The notes under the pieces were generated by a model that did no database searches, was not told the origin of the DNA, and worked only from the letters and a program-made list of their open reading frames with translations. Below, piece after piece: positions 51,778 to 64,000 of a stretch of DNA of 64,000 nucleotides. Position numbers and translations under genes: made by a program. Position 1 is the stretch's first letter; each line of letters starts with the position of its first letter. Origin of the DNA: Octopus sinensis (taxonomy: Eukaryota); the NCBI RefSeq assembly GCF_006345805.1, contig NC_043000.1, positions 163,308,001 to 163,372,000 of the forward strand, in the 5' to 3' direction.

Positions 51778-52555
51778 CTCTAAATGATCCCTCGGTCCGT
51801 AAGAAATAGAAATTGAATACCTTCTATTTTAAGGCAAGTCACGTAGCCTAGTCTTTAGGCAATCGGTTTCTTGATCATAAGATCGTGGTCCCTATTCCCA
51901 GTCGGGGTTGGATACCTTATGTCTTTCAGCATGACCCTTTACGTTTCTTCAGTCCATTCTGCTAGCAAAAATGTGTATTGAGACTAAGTGGGCGCATGGT
52001 CGGCGTAAAATTAGCACAGTAGCATTAACGAGTCAAATGATGCGACCAAAACTTTTCAGTCATGAAAAGGAATACATCAAACAGTGGACTGCTACAGTAT
52101 ATAACAGTCCACTGTCTGACATTTTAACCAACTTCGAAAATGACATGTTAGATAGAAGGAAATCCTTCTCGATCAGGACTGACAGGCAAAAACTAAGACA
52201 ACAGCAACAACAACTATTTACATTTGGAATTCATTTTCTACCCACGAAGACTTTATTCTTTCACGCCTTCGCTTGCCGACCACGGAAAACTTTACTATTA
52301 CTATTTCGTGCAGTCTACAAGAGGAAACAGCGAAATAGCATTTATGTAATACTCCGATCTACTTGAAATAGAAGGCAAATTTTCAAACTGCCCCCTACCG
52401 CAGATAATCGGAGTCTGAATTGCACTATATCTAGAAAACCAAATTCGACATATTTGGATGATTTATCTCCGATGAGTGATGCCTAACAACATCAAATGGG
52501 TTGATGCAAACCAAAGAGGGAGCCACTACGAGGGCACGCCTTCTGCTAGAAATAG

Positions 52556-52720
52556 TAACCAACCCTGGTACTTAAACCATATGTTATTTTATCGACCCCT
52601 AAAAGACGAAAGGCAAAGTGAACTGTGGCTGAATTTGAGCTCAGGACGTAAAGAGCCGGAAGATTTATAGCTAAACATTCTGTCTGACTTTTTAACAATT
52701 GTTCCTGCTTACTGCCTTGT
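52556..52720 (-). mobile_element. SINE family A copy, degraded
   Basis: atcgacccctaaaagacgaaaggcaaagtg...gaatttgagctcaggacg. Confidence 0.55.
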
Positions 52721-53045
52721 AGGTGTGTTTAGAATAAATTAAAAGAAAAAGGTAAGATAACTCCAATAAGATTTTTCATTAATTCTTTTTCCAATTCGAG
52801 TGGATATAGTGTCTGAAATAAAACATGAGAGTTATAGAAGAAACACTTTTGATTATAGACTCTGAGGTTAAACACTAACCAAACCAACAACCAGATATGA
52901 CGTCACTCTACATATGTTACTTGAGATGTAAAATGATAAAGTTAAGCACAAACAAATGGGGCTATGCAATATGGTATAAGAAGCTTCTGTGCAGCCTCTA
53001 CGCATCAAATAGCAGCCAAATCTTTCTCAATTTATAACTACACTC

Positions 53046-53227
53046 TTACTTGTTTCAGTCATTTGACTGTGGCCATGCTGGAGCTCTGCCTTTAGTCGAG
53101 CAAATCGACCCCAGGACTTATTCTTTGTAAGCCTAGTACTTATTCTATCGGTCTCTTTTGCCGAACCGCTAAGTTACGTAAACACACCGGCATCGGGTGT
53201 CAAGCGATGTTGGGGGAAAACACAGAT

Positions 53228-53284
<57 letters not shown>

Positions 53285-53437
53285 CGACGGGCTTCTTTCA
53301 GTTTCCATCTACCAAATCTACTCACAAGGCTTTGGTTGGTCCGAGGCTATAGCAGAAGACACTTTCTCAAGGTGCCACGTAGTGGGACTGAATCCGGAAC
53401 CATGTTGTTGGTAAGCAAGCTACTTACCACACAGCCA
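53046..53437 (-). mobile_element. SINE family B full-length copy
   Basis: Homologous to 28262-28634. Confidence 0.8.
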
Positions 53438-54075
53438 CCCCTGCAAACGAAAATAAAATAAAAACATATTATTAATATGTTCCTCAACAAACTAATTCTT
53501 AAATAATTACTTGATCATGGTTATCAGGACCAGAGTTGACCGGGGACTAAATAATAACAGCGATTGCAGTAACAACAACAACAAGAACAACAACGAAATG
53601 TGCTATTTTATTTTCATCTGAGAGAAGTTTGACGCATCTATTAATAATTGTTGAACTCCATAAACTTCATTTGGTTGGACGACTGGGAGAGATAAGAACT
53701 GCGAAGTTTCCTCTTTATCTATAATTGTTGCCTTTTCCTTTTTCTGGCTGCAACCAGCAGTATTGCAAAGGGAAGCTTAAAAAATGGCATTTTCGAAAAT
53801 CGATACGTGCCAGACGATTTTCGTCAAGGTATTAACCCTCGACTAACACCACTCCACACCCGTCCCAGAACGCGCATTACTCAATACATCACATACCATA
53901 TATGCTCGCCCTCCTCCCTCTCTCTCTTCCTCTCTCTCTCTCCCTCTCATACACACACGCTGGCCCTCTCTTTAATGGAACGATTAATAATAATGCAGTA
54001 TATGGAGTGCGCTGATCAGAGAAACTTCCTAGGGAAAGAGGGAGAAAGAGAGAGGACGTGTGTGTGTGTATGTAG

Positions 54076-54138
<63 letters not shown>

Positions 54139-54634
54139 GCATGTGTGTCTGTGAGAAGCAGAGACTAACGGAGAAGAAAATGTACGCAGTGCATAATTGG
54201 AGAGAGAAGAAAATGACGCACTTCTTTCTTTAATATATATATCGGCGAGTGATGCAGACATACACAAATATATATATACACACACACACATATATATGTA
54301 TACATATATATACACGCACTTATGCATTCACATGTGTGTTTATGTGTGTGAGTTTGTTTGTGTGTGTTGTATGTGTGTGTTGTGTGTGTGTTAAAGAACA
54401 GTTCGACTTGACTCTATGTTACACAATTTTTTGTGAACGAGTCATACACGCCCGCAAATCGGTAGGCAATGAGGAATTGAGTCAATCTTAATAAATTCAT
54501 GAAACTCCGACCAAATTTTGCAGTGTTATTTTACATTCGTTTTGCATTCACTCCTCGTACATACTCACACATACACATACCCACATGCATGCACGTGCTC
54601 AAACATTTACCCACATACACATATATCCAAGGAG

Positions 54635-55100
54635 AAACCCCACTCTGGACTCTTTCCAGCGCTGTCTGTCTCTAGTCAGTCGTGTCCATTTAAGCTCCAG
54701 GTAGCTGTCTTGTCTTTAGACGGACTCTTGATATGGACATTATTTTGGTGTCCATTCCGTTACCCTGATTGCTCTTCTGTTGTCCTTCAGTCGCGCGATG
54801 TGACCAACCCGTCTATATTTGTACTCCTTGAAGGATTTTATGATTTGACTCTCATGTGCTGTTGAATCCAGGTATTTTTTTTTCTTGACCAGCAATATGA
54901 TGCCGAATATGAATCATTCCAAACCGAAACTGTGTTGTGTAATCACATCCCATATTATACTCCAAATTTACATCTGTAGATCCATAATAAACACACTGAG
55001 TTGCATGAGTAGTGTTATAGGCTTAATGATGGAATTTCTCGTCGAAGACGACTTATGAGCGTTCAGTTTTTGCTGAACGATCTGCAGAAAGGAGTTGCTT
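54635..55100 (-). mobile_element. Decayed RTE-clade LINE 3' fragment
   Basis: Minus strand AIRVTEWTPK...WTRLTRDRQRWK resembles the RTE C-terminal TEW.P...W..LA.DR..WR motif. Confidence 0.45.
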
Positions 55101-55639
55101 ATGGTGATCAAATGAATGTACTGTATATTAACTCATTCCCTCCGTAACCACAAAGCAACATGTGATGAAGTGTTTTACTAAAGGGTACTTCTCACCACCC
55201 GGTCCTGGATTTGAAACCACGATCTCACGATCGTTAATGCCACACCCTAACCACTTGGTCATGTGACGCACATAATATATATAAGCAGTTTTCAGAAAAA
55301 ACAAAACAAGAAAGTATTCAAGAAAAAACAAGAAAGTATTCAAGAACGGGACTACAATAAGTATTTTGAGTTCAATAAAAGTCATGCTTGTTTGGTAGTA
55401 TATATATATACAGAAGGAGATATATTTAAGAATTTACAAAACATTGGAGAGGAATAACTGACCAGTCTGTGTGACATTTTCTGTCTGTGTGTAGCTATGG
55501 AATGTTTGCTATTTTAAGGGATAGTGTTGGAGGTTGGTTGGGGTGAGGATGGAAAAACAATGTGGAATCAAAAGGATTTTTTTGTTTCTGGGCTAGTCTG
55601 TTACGGTTCAGTGGCTTTTGGGACTGGTCTCAGAGGTCA

Positions 55640-55679
55640 GAATGGTGTGAGTGTGTGTGCCCTTGTGCACAGCTCTATG

Positions 55680-55710
<31 letters not shown>

Positions 55711-56473
55711 TGTGTGTGTGTGTGTGTGTTTGTGTGTGTGGGCCGTTTTTGATTAGTCCCAGAGTTTATTGTGGTGTGTGTATACGGGTCTGTATGTGTT
55801 TTATATTTGGTAGGATGGTGTGTGTATATGCGTGCACGTTTGTGTGTGTATGTGGGTGATTAGTATTTGTCAGGGTGTTGTGTGCGCGCATGTGTGTGTA
55901 TGTGTTTGTTCGCGTGTGTGTATGTGTGCGTCTGTGTGTGTGTATGTATGTGTGTTTTGTATTGGTGGGGATGTTATGTGTGTGTACGTGAGTGTGTGTG
56001 TACGTGACTGTGTGTGTCTCTGTCTGAGTATGTTTGCGTTGCTATAATTGTCCTAGTGGTGTGTGTGTTAGCAACCGTATGTGTGAGGGCGCATATATAT
56101 GTGTGTGTGGGTATGTGTGGGTGTGTATGTGTGTGTGAATGTGTTGTATTTATCATGGGTTCTGTATGTGTCCGTGTGTGTTGGGTTTATCCGGGTGGTG
56201 TGTATGTGTGTACGTGTACATTCTGTGCATATTGGTACTGAGTATGCATTTGTGTGTGTGTGTGTATATATGTGGGTATGGTTTATATAGTTTCAGGGTG
56301 TGTGTGCACATGTGTGTGTGTGCCGCATTTGTGAGTGGTTTGTTTTGTTTGTATTGATAGTGCAGTGTGTTTGTATACGTGTGGATATGCTTGTGTGAGT
56401 GTGTCTATATGTCTTGCATTTGTCGGGGAGCTGTGTGTCATTGTGTGTGTGCGTGCTTGTGTGTATGTATATG

Positions 56474-56504
<31 letters not shown>

Positions 56505-56560
56505 ATGTATATATATTTATGTATGTATATGTATATATATATATATGTTTATGACATATA
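55640..56560. repeat. ~0.9-kb degenerate (GT)-rich low-complexity tract
   Basis: Direct reading; source of many C/V-rich spurious ORFs. Confidence 0.85.
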
Positions 56561-57084
56561 TGACATAATTTAACTTTTAAAGGAAATTTCACTGCAGTTT
56601 ACCGTGAACGAAAAGAATTCTTGCTTATGGTAAAGATGCAAATTATCAGTTCAGTGGCGCCCTACATTGGTGCCCTAGATTCATTTCTGGCTCGTTGTGT
56701 TCCTCACTAGGAGATATCAAAGAATGGTAACCCTTAGATGATTAGAATAATGTAGCTTTATAAGCAATCATTCCATACGAGTCACTGATTTGCGCTCCTC
56801 GGTCGCCCAGTCTGAACAACAAATACGGAAGTTGCAGTGTGAAGCCCTGATGGAAAATAAACAAACTTCCGGCTAGTTCAAATATGGTTGTGTCATATTT
56901 TAACATCTGAAAGCAATTTTGCTGCAGTTTGCCGTAGTAAAGGTATAAGTACATCATTATCAACCCAGTGGTGCCCCGTATTAGGCTCATTATGCTTTCC
57001 TCAGTAAACTATGCCAAGGTAGCCATGAGCACGGTAAACTGCAGTGAAACTGCCTTTAGATATTAAAATATGTCACAAACATAT
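56543..57084. mobile_element. MITE/foldback element with ~60-bp imperfect TIRs
   Basis: atatgtttatgacata...taaaggaaatttcactgcagtttaccgtg versus cacggtaaactgcagtgaaactgcctttaga...tatgtcacaaacatat. Confidence 0.65.
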
Positions 57085-57232
57085 TTGAACTCACCTTAAG
57101 TTTGTTTAGTTCCCATCACTGCTTTGCGCTATTACTTAAGTGTGCGTATATGCGCGCGCACGTCTGTATTTATGTTTGTATGTATGTATGTTTGTATGTA
57201 TGTTTTTGTCTTCACAGTCAGTACTCATAAGC

Positions 57233-57801
57233 TATTGGGTTGTCCGGAAAATTCGTGCCGATTTTTAAAGGAAAGAAAAAGGTCAATAAATACTTGCCAT
57301 TACATATTAATCAACCAAATATGAATCATTTTGTTGCACAATGCGTCTCCATCTTTCCTTTAACTTGAAAATATCCTCTTTCCAGAATTGAGGTGGTTTC
57401 ATGGCAAAGAATTCATCAAGGTATCTTTTTACGTCATCCAAGAAATTGAAATTTTTACCATTAAGACTATTCTGCAGAGACCTGAATAAGTGGAAATCCG
57501 AAGGAGCAAAATCTGGTGAATATGGAGGGTGCGGTAACACATCCCAGCCGAGCTGCAGCAATTTTTGTCTGGTTCCCAAAGCATCAAGTGCCGAAAATGA
57601 ATTTTCTTATCTTCCATTTTAAAGGGTTATAGAATTAACACAGGTTATAGGAACATAAACCTTCTTCCACGCAAAATTAGCCTAAACTGTGCTCTAAATA
57701 GAGGTGTAGTCAAATCCTATTTTATGGATTCAACCATGTTCTAAAATAAGTCGAAAAGTAAGCTACTATAAATCGGCACCAACTTTCCGGACAACCCAAT
57801 A
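57233..57801 (-). mobile_element. mariner deletion derivative with both TIRs and TA TSDs
   Basis: TA|ttgggttgtccggaaaattcgtgccgattt ... aaatcggcaccaactttccggacaacccaa|TA (28/30 match). N-terminal MEDKKIHFRHLML is joined to C-terminal LGWDVLPHPPYSPDFAPSDFHLFRSLQN. Confidence 0.92.
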
Positions 57802-59151
57802 TATTGATCAACCGGAGGTCGTACTAGAAGTTACTTTCCCAATGTGCAGAACAGATTACGCTAGTGATTGATAGGGCAGGTTGGATACGAAATATCTACC
57901 AGCTTTCTATTTTTCTATATTTTATCATTTATTTCCTTTGCTATTTCTTTGATAGTCTCTTGATACTAAGTTTTATATATGTTGTTTGGGTGTTGATATG
58001 CTATGTTTGAGATGAAATTTTTTTTTTATCAGGTTAGCTATTTCAGTTGTGTAATTTGAGTTGTAATTTTTTCTGCTTTATGAGATTCAGGTTTTTGTAA
58101 GCGTCGAGGAATATTTTCTGAAATCTATGCCATTTAGTTTCTTTATATAATAGCGGCGTGAATGTCATGTGTAATGGAATCAGCTTTTTTCTTCTTTTTT
58201 CTTCACTTCTTAAAAATATATATTTTAAGGCGTTAGTGTTGTATTGTAATATAATTAGTTGTTTTTATGATTTATTTACGTAGTGAATATTTGTTATTTT
58301 TGCTGTGACTGTATTTTATGTGTGAATAGTATGTTGTTGCTATTATTCAAAAGACGGCGTGTTGGTAAAGTCGTTAGAGCATTGAGTGTCGCGCAGTATT
58401 TCTCCTATCATTCTGTTATCTGAGTTCAAATGACGATGATGTCATATGTATGTATGTGTGTGTGTGTGTGTGTGTGTCTTTGTGTCGCCCTTTTAACTGT
58501 TTGATATTTTATTGGATGATTTCTTCAAGTTTACCCTTGAAGACTTTCTCGTCTGACTGGCCTTCTAGTCGTGGTAATCTTGTTTTGTCATCAGGCATAT
58601 TATATCGAATAACATTAAGCTATTTTAGTAAACTGCTATTTCTAGTAGTTTGTACGTCTCTGAATAAGCTTCGCCGCTGTCGAGTTGAAAAATCTTTTCA
58701 GTTGACAAAACTTGCTGATGAAATTTGGGGCTCTTTGCTTGAACTAGAAATCATGATCCAAGTGTGTCCACTTACCAAAATATTTAGCATTGAGCTGTAT
58801 TTGGTATCTAAAAATTATATAACCCGTTCGCCCGCTTACATTTGTTTCCTGTTGAATTTTTCAGTATTATTGGAGTTTTAAATTAGGGTTTTAACTCTTC
58901 TTTTTAGCAGGTAGGCGCCTTGCGTGCCCGTATGATGAATATATATATATACATACAAGACACACACAAATGATGATCAAAACTCACAACAGCTGTTTCG
59001 ATAGCATTTTATTGATGCATTCTTAGATTACATCATTGCAGAACTCTGCCACTATCAGGTAAATTTTATGCACATAAACAGGTAAGGTTTAGATAGTAAG
59101 ATAGAAACCAGTTTACCAACTACCATGGTGAAGGAAATGATGTGTGTGTGC

Positions 59152-59182
<31 letters not shown>

Positions 59183-59376
59183 TGTGTATGCATGTGTATG
59201 TGTTTGTGTGTGTGTGTGTAAATAGTGTTATAATCCAAGCTGAGTCTTAATGAAGCACATCTGCATATTCCACTACTCCAGGATTGCATGTAGATGTTGT
59301 TATTGCGTGAGATTGGAAAAATATTTTAACGTCATTTGTGTAAATGCATATATATATGTATATATGTGTATATGTG

Positions 59377-59409
<33 letters not shown>

Positions 59410-59423
59410 TAAGTCGTTAGAAA

Positions 59424-59507
<84 letters not shown>

Positions 59508-59599
59508 GACAGAGTCAGAGAAGGGGCGCAATGGGTAAATTGCCGCAATTTTATATTTCACTCATGCGCGTTGTTTGTTTTTGATTTTATCGACTACAC

Positions 59600-60407
59600 A
59601 GTATAGTAGGGTCAGTTGGGCATATTCTGTGAGAAAAACAGCACCATGACGTAATTCACTCTGTCGGAAATTTGGAAACGACATGCTGTACTGCTTGACA
59701 TTCGCACCGGAAGCTCCAATACAAACAGATGGTGAACTCACAGAACAACCGTTGGCTTACCGTGTCCCTAAAACATGTACCGAGAGTGATAAAAACCAGA
59801 TATCCAGTCAATGCCATAGTGTTTGGAGTGATCACTAGAGATGACGACGTTAGACATCCATTCATCTTCCCATATAGCCTCACACTCAACATGGAGGCCT
59901 ACATCACGTGTCTGGAGGAGGTAGTGCTGCCCTGGGTCAAGATGATTGCTGCTGGAACACCCTATGTCTAGTAACAGGACTCTGTACCATGCAACACAAG
60001 CAGGAGAACCTAGTCATGGCTGTCAGACAATTTCTGCGACCACATCTGACCCCTAACATCTGGCCACCTACTTCCCCAGACTGCAATCTCCTTGATTATT
60101 ATGTGTGGGATGCAATTGAGCGAGAGGCCAACAAAACTCTTTGTAACACCACAGATGAAATGAAGACAAGGATTATGGCAGCATTCATCAACTTAACCAA
60201 GGAGACCGTCCGCAGGAGTTGCAGAAGATTCCGAAGTCGTCTGGAGGCCATGTTTGAAGCCAATGATGATTTTATTGAATAAATTTACTCTTTAGTATTT
60301 CAAAATATTTTTATGTGATTCTGGTAAATATATCTGTTAAAATGAATTACCAATGTTATTTTCATTTTTGCGTAATTTAGACGACAATTTATTTACTGCA
60401 CCTTGTA
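59600..60407 (+). mobile_element. maT-like (DD37D) Tc1/mariner element, internally deleted, right end present
   Basis: VFGVITRDD, QDSVPCNTS...WPPTSPDCNLLDYYVW with ~37 residues between the aspartates. Right end ...atttactgcaccttg|TA. Confidence 0.75.
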
Positions 60408-60417
60408 TATATGCATT

Positions 60418-61445
60418 TACGTACGTACCTTTGTATGTATGCATGTATGTATGTATGTATGTATGTATGTATGTATGTATGTATGTATGTACGTATGTAT
60501 GTATGTATGTATGTATGTATGTATGTATGTATGTATGTATGTATGTACGTATGTATGTATGTGTGTGTATGTATGTATGTATGTATGTATGTATGTATGT
60601 ATGTATGTATGTATGTATGTATGTATGTATGTATGTATGTATGCATGCATGTATGTACGTACGTATGTATGTATGTATGTATGTATGTATGTATGTATGT
60701 ATGTATGTATGTATGTATGTATGTATGTATGTATGTATGTATGCATGCATGTATGTATGTATGTATGTATGTGTGTATGTATGTATGTATGTATGTATGT
60801 TTGTTTGTATGTATGTATGTATGTATGTATGTATGTATGTATGCATGTATGCATGCATGTATGTATGTATGTATGTATGTATGCATGCATGTATGTATGT
60901 ATGTATGTATGTATGCATGTATGTGTGTATGTATGTATGTATGTATGTATGTATGCATGCATGTATGTATGTATGTATGTATGTATGCATGCATGTATGT
61001 ATGTATGTATGTATGTATGTATGTATGTATGTATGCATGTATGCATGCATGTATGTATGTATGTATGTATGTATGTGTGTATGTATGTATGTATGTATGT
61101 ATGTTTGTTTGTATGTATGTATGTATGTATGTATGCATGTATGCATGCATGTATGTATGTATGTATGTATGTATGCATGCATGTATGTATGTATGTATGT
61201 ATGTATGCATGTATGTATGTATGTATGTATGTATGTATGTATGTATGTATGTATGTATGGATGTATGTATGTATGTATGTATGTATGTATGTATGCATGT
61301 ATGTATGCATGTATGTATGTATGTATATATGTATGTATGTATGCATGTATGCATGTATGTATGTATGTATGTATGTATGTATGTATGTATGCATGTATGT
61401 ATTTATGTATGTATGTATGTATGTATGTATGTATGTATGTATGTA
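60418..61445. repeat. ~1-kb (TATG)n array with variant units
   Basis: Direct reading; source of the 320-390 aa CMYV/HTYI pseudo-ORFs. Confidence 0.97.
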
Positions 61446-61730
61446 TATTATAACATGTAGCATGGGCTTCGGTGTATTGGTAAGCTTGATCTACTATTTG
61501 AATTATTTTAACTTGCAACATTATTTTCGTAATGAGAGAATTAATGTTTCAAGATGTCCATATATCTGAGATGTGAGAATAGTGAATTATACGGCGAAAT
61601 ATGTGACTTCTTATGTTCTGGAGATGTGAGGAATCAGACGTCTCGAGGCTGTCACCTTATAGAATGAACCCTTTTTTTGTTAGCAATAATAAATCTCTGA
61701 ACGAGATGTAAACAGTAACTGCACGACAAT

Positions 61731-61956
61731 GTAAGGTATACTAGCCATCTCAATATGGCTAAGGCAAATACCTAGAAACTGCAGTCCGTGCGTGTCACCT
61801 AGATGGCGAGGGAGGGATGACCTCCCTTTGCAAATACCATAAGGGCACAGAAAGTGTGCCTAAAGCAAGCTGGAGACGATGTTCTCCTGGGGCTACAAGC
61901 TACAGTAACGCCCACCCTTAGTGGTTAGCCATATTGAGATGGCTAGTATACCTTAC
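61731..61956. mobile_element. 226-bp MITE with perfect 32-bp TIRs
   Basis: gtaaggtatactagccatctcaatatggctaa (61731-61762) is the exact reverse complement of 61925-61956. Confidence 0.85.
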
Positions 61957-61973
61957 CTTTTGTTGTTGTTATA

Positions 61974-62344
61974 TCTCTCTATATATAAAGCTGAAGTTGT
62001 CTGTGTGTGGCAGGTTTGGTAGCCTTCAACTAACACTATTTCCTCCGAGACCCTGCGTCGCAAGTTGACCAAAATTGAGAGTATGATAGAAGGTTTGCTC
62101 TTCCTTCTGTAGAAGATAAAATTCAAATCGGACCATGTTAACACAAAAAATATTTACATCAAAATGGTCATTTTTTTCTATGGAAATTCCTATTTTTTAC
62201 GATTTTTGACTGCTGTATCGCCATTTTTCGGTGTATTTCAACCAGAAAAATGTTCACTTAAAGAGAATAACAAGATACATAATGCAAAAATTCCAATTCT
62301 AAAGGGTCGAAACAAACCCGAACAATGCCGGGCGATCCTGCTAG
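61974..62344 (+). mobile_element. Non-autonomous Helitron
   Basis: A|TCTCTCTATATATAAAGCTGAAG... 5' end; 3' GC hairpin cccg-aacaatgc-cggg (62317-62332) 8 nt before CTAG|T; inserted between A and T with no TSD. Confidence 0.8.
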
Positions 62345-62839
62345 TTGAAAAATAAATAAAAATGAATTCTTTCTTTTTTTTTCTTTATTTCTCTGTTTCC
62401 TCTCTGGTTCGTACACCTTCCCTCTCCTTTCTCCCCTCTTTTTCTCTCGTTCTTTCTCTTTCTCACTCATCTTCTCATTGTTTCTTGCAAATGACGGGAA
62501 ATCCATAAAACAACATCGTTCCATTAATCCGTACAGCACACTTATCCAATCTCACGTAACGTATTGTACATTTTTTTTCGTTGGTGCTCTATTATGGTCC
62601 CAGCCTCTGGCTGAAACCGGTATGGGAATAAAAGAACACTACAGACAGTTAGCTTGGACCCAATTTAAAGTTTTTTATGTATTTTTTGTCGTTTTTTTCT
62701 ATTTTAGTTGGTGTTGGAAGACTTGGTTGAAAAAACGTGAATCCGTTACGTTAGAAAACTTGATACCTTTAGATTTTGACTCAAATTTGCTGACAATACC
62801 AAATCATATATTTGAAATCCTAACCATATCTAAAGAATA

Positions 62840-62930
<91 letters not shown>

Positions 62931-62941
62931 TGTGTGTGTGT
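62840..62941. repeat. (GT)n microsatellite
   Basis: Direct reading. Confidence 0.95.
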
Positions 62942-63289
62942 CTGCCTGTACACGTATATGTATGAGGCACATTCATCTCAATTTCAAACTATCAGTCTTA
63001 TCAGGCTCAGAGGGTATGAGAAGGCCATATGCCGCGCTGCTTTCTTTAGACCCAGTAATTAAAAATATAAGGTATTCGATCATTTGAACTGTCTATGATC
63101 CGACTGTGAGTGATAAGAACCAAGAAACCTTTTCAGTTATCTCTCTTGCTTTTTGGCAGCGCTGGATTAACCATGAAGCAAAATAAACACATGCTTAGGG
63201 AATCAAGGGAAGGAGGAGAGGATACCACAGAAATGGTAAACGGTTTACGGCACAAAAGAAATCACTTTAAACTTTCTAAAATAATATTC

Positions 63290-63585
63290 AGGATGCCTTT
63301 ATCTCTACAAAGTATAGAAGCAGATGTGTTACCTAAGATTAATTTTGAGGATCTGATCAAAGACTTTGCAATTCAAAAAAGTAGGAGGAAACTTTTCAAA
63401 TATAAATAAAGTGGAAGTATACAAAAATAAACACTATTTTCCCTCTTACTGTTTTGTTTCCTTTTGAAAAATAAAAGTTTGTTTTATGGTTTGTTATTGT
63501 TTATATTTTGAATTACATAATCTTTTATGGCGACACCAAAATCTTTTAAGTGCTGGGGGCCCCGGTGGTTCTTAAACCGGCCTTG
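63290..63585 (+). mobile_element. hAT transposon 3' remnant (transposase C-terminus + right TIR)
   Basis: LSLQSIEADVLPKINFEDLIKDFAIQKSRR matches the hAT/ZMYM-like C-terminal pattern (L..LSIE......I.Y.D.I.DFA..K.R). Terminus cttaaaccggccttg. Confidence 0.6.
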
Positions 63586-63930
63586 CTATTCGGTCATAGA
63601 ATAATGTGAGTGAACTTTTCATGCTTTTCTTAATCACTGTATTTAACCACGATGTGGTAATTTTTGATGTTCTAAATGTTGCACAGAAACAGAAGCATGA
63701 ATTACAGTGTAAGTGACGGAAACTTCAAGAAGCTAGTTATACATTTAACATAATCTTCAAACAAACTCAACATAAGGCTCTGTGAAAAGACAGGACATTC
63801 AAATAATTGAACTGCGAGATTTGTGCGGTCTTCTTTATGCGTTTATTATGCTCTATACTATCTTTCAAGTAATTGTATCCATGATTCAAAATAGCTGCAA
63901 TATGCTGACATTTCTATTATAATTGTAAAT

Positions 63931-63976
<46 letters not shown>

Positions 63977-64000
63977 TCTATCTATCTATCTATCTATCTA

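Noticed and set aside
57860-58880. AT-rich stretch with faint resemblance to Penelope-like RT thumb sequence on the minus strand
   Set aside because: Too degenerate to support by eye; needs a profile-HMM search.
60337-61569. Five overlapping 320-390 aa ORFs (CMYV/HTYI repeats)
   Set aside because: Translations of the (TATG)n array, which lacks stop codons in several frames; no coding signal.

Overview
AT-rich, microsatellite-saturated animal genomic DNA. The SINE families and repeat landscape look like an octopus/coleoid cephalopod genome (inference, not verified). Only one host coding segment is supportable: the 192-nt terminal exon (30614-30805, +) of a BMP3/GDF10-type TGF-beta ligand, which the ORF track misses. 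No upstream exon was found in the preceding 30 kb. The rest is layered transposon debris: two IR/DR-type Tc1 (DD34E) copies, two mariner deletion derivatives, a maT-like DD37D element, several hAT-type MITEs/remnants, a CR1-like LINE, an R4/Dong-like LINE in a (TAA)n tract, RTE remnants, a Penelope-like element (RT + GIY-YIG), a non-autonomous Helitron and many tRNA-derived SINEs. Most notable: a well-formed hammerhead ribozyme with an unusually long stem II at the 3' end of the Penelope-like element, further hammerhead-like motifs, a MITE with perfect 32-bp TIRs that are themselves hairpins, and SINE-borne microsatellites that repeatedly host later insertions. Most long ORFs in the track are microsatellite translations. 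All family assignments come from motif recognition, with no database search.
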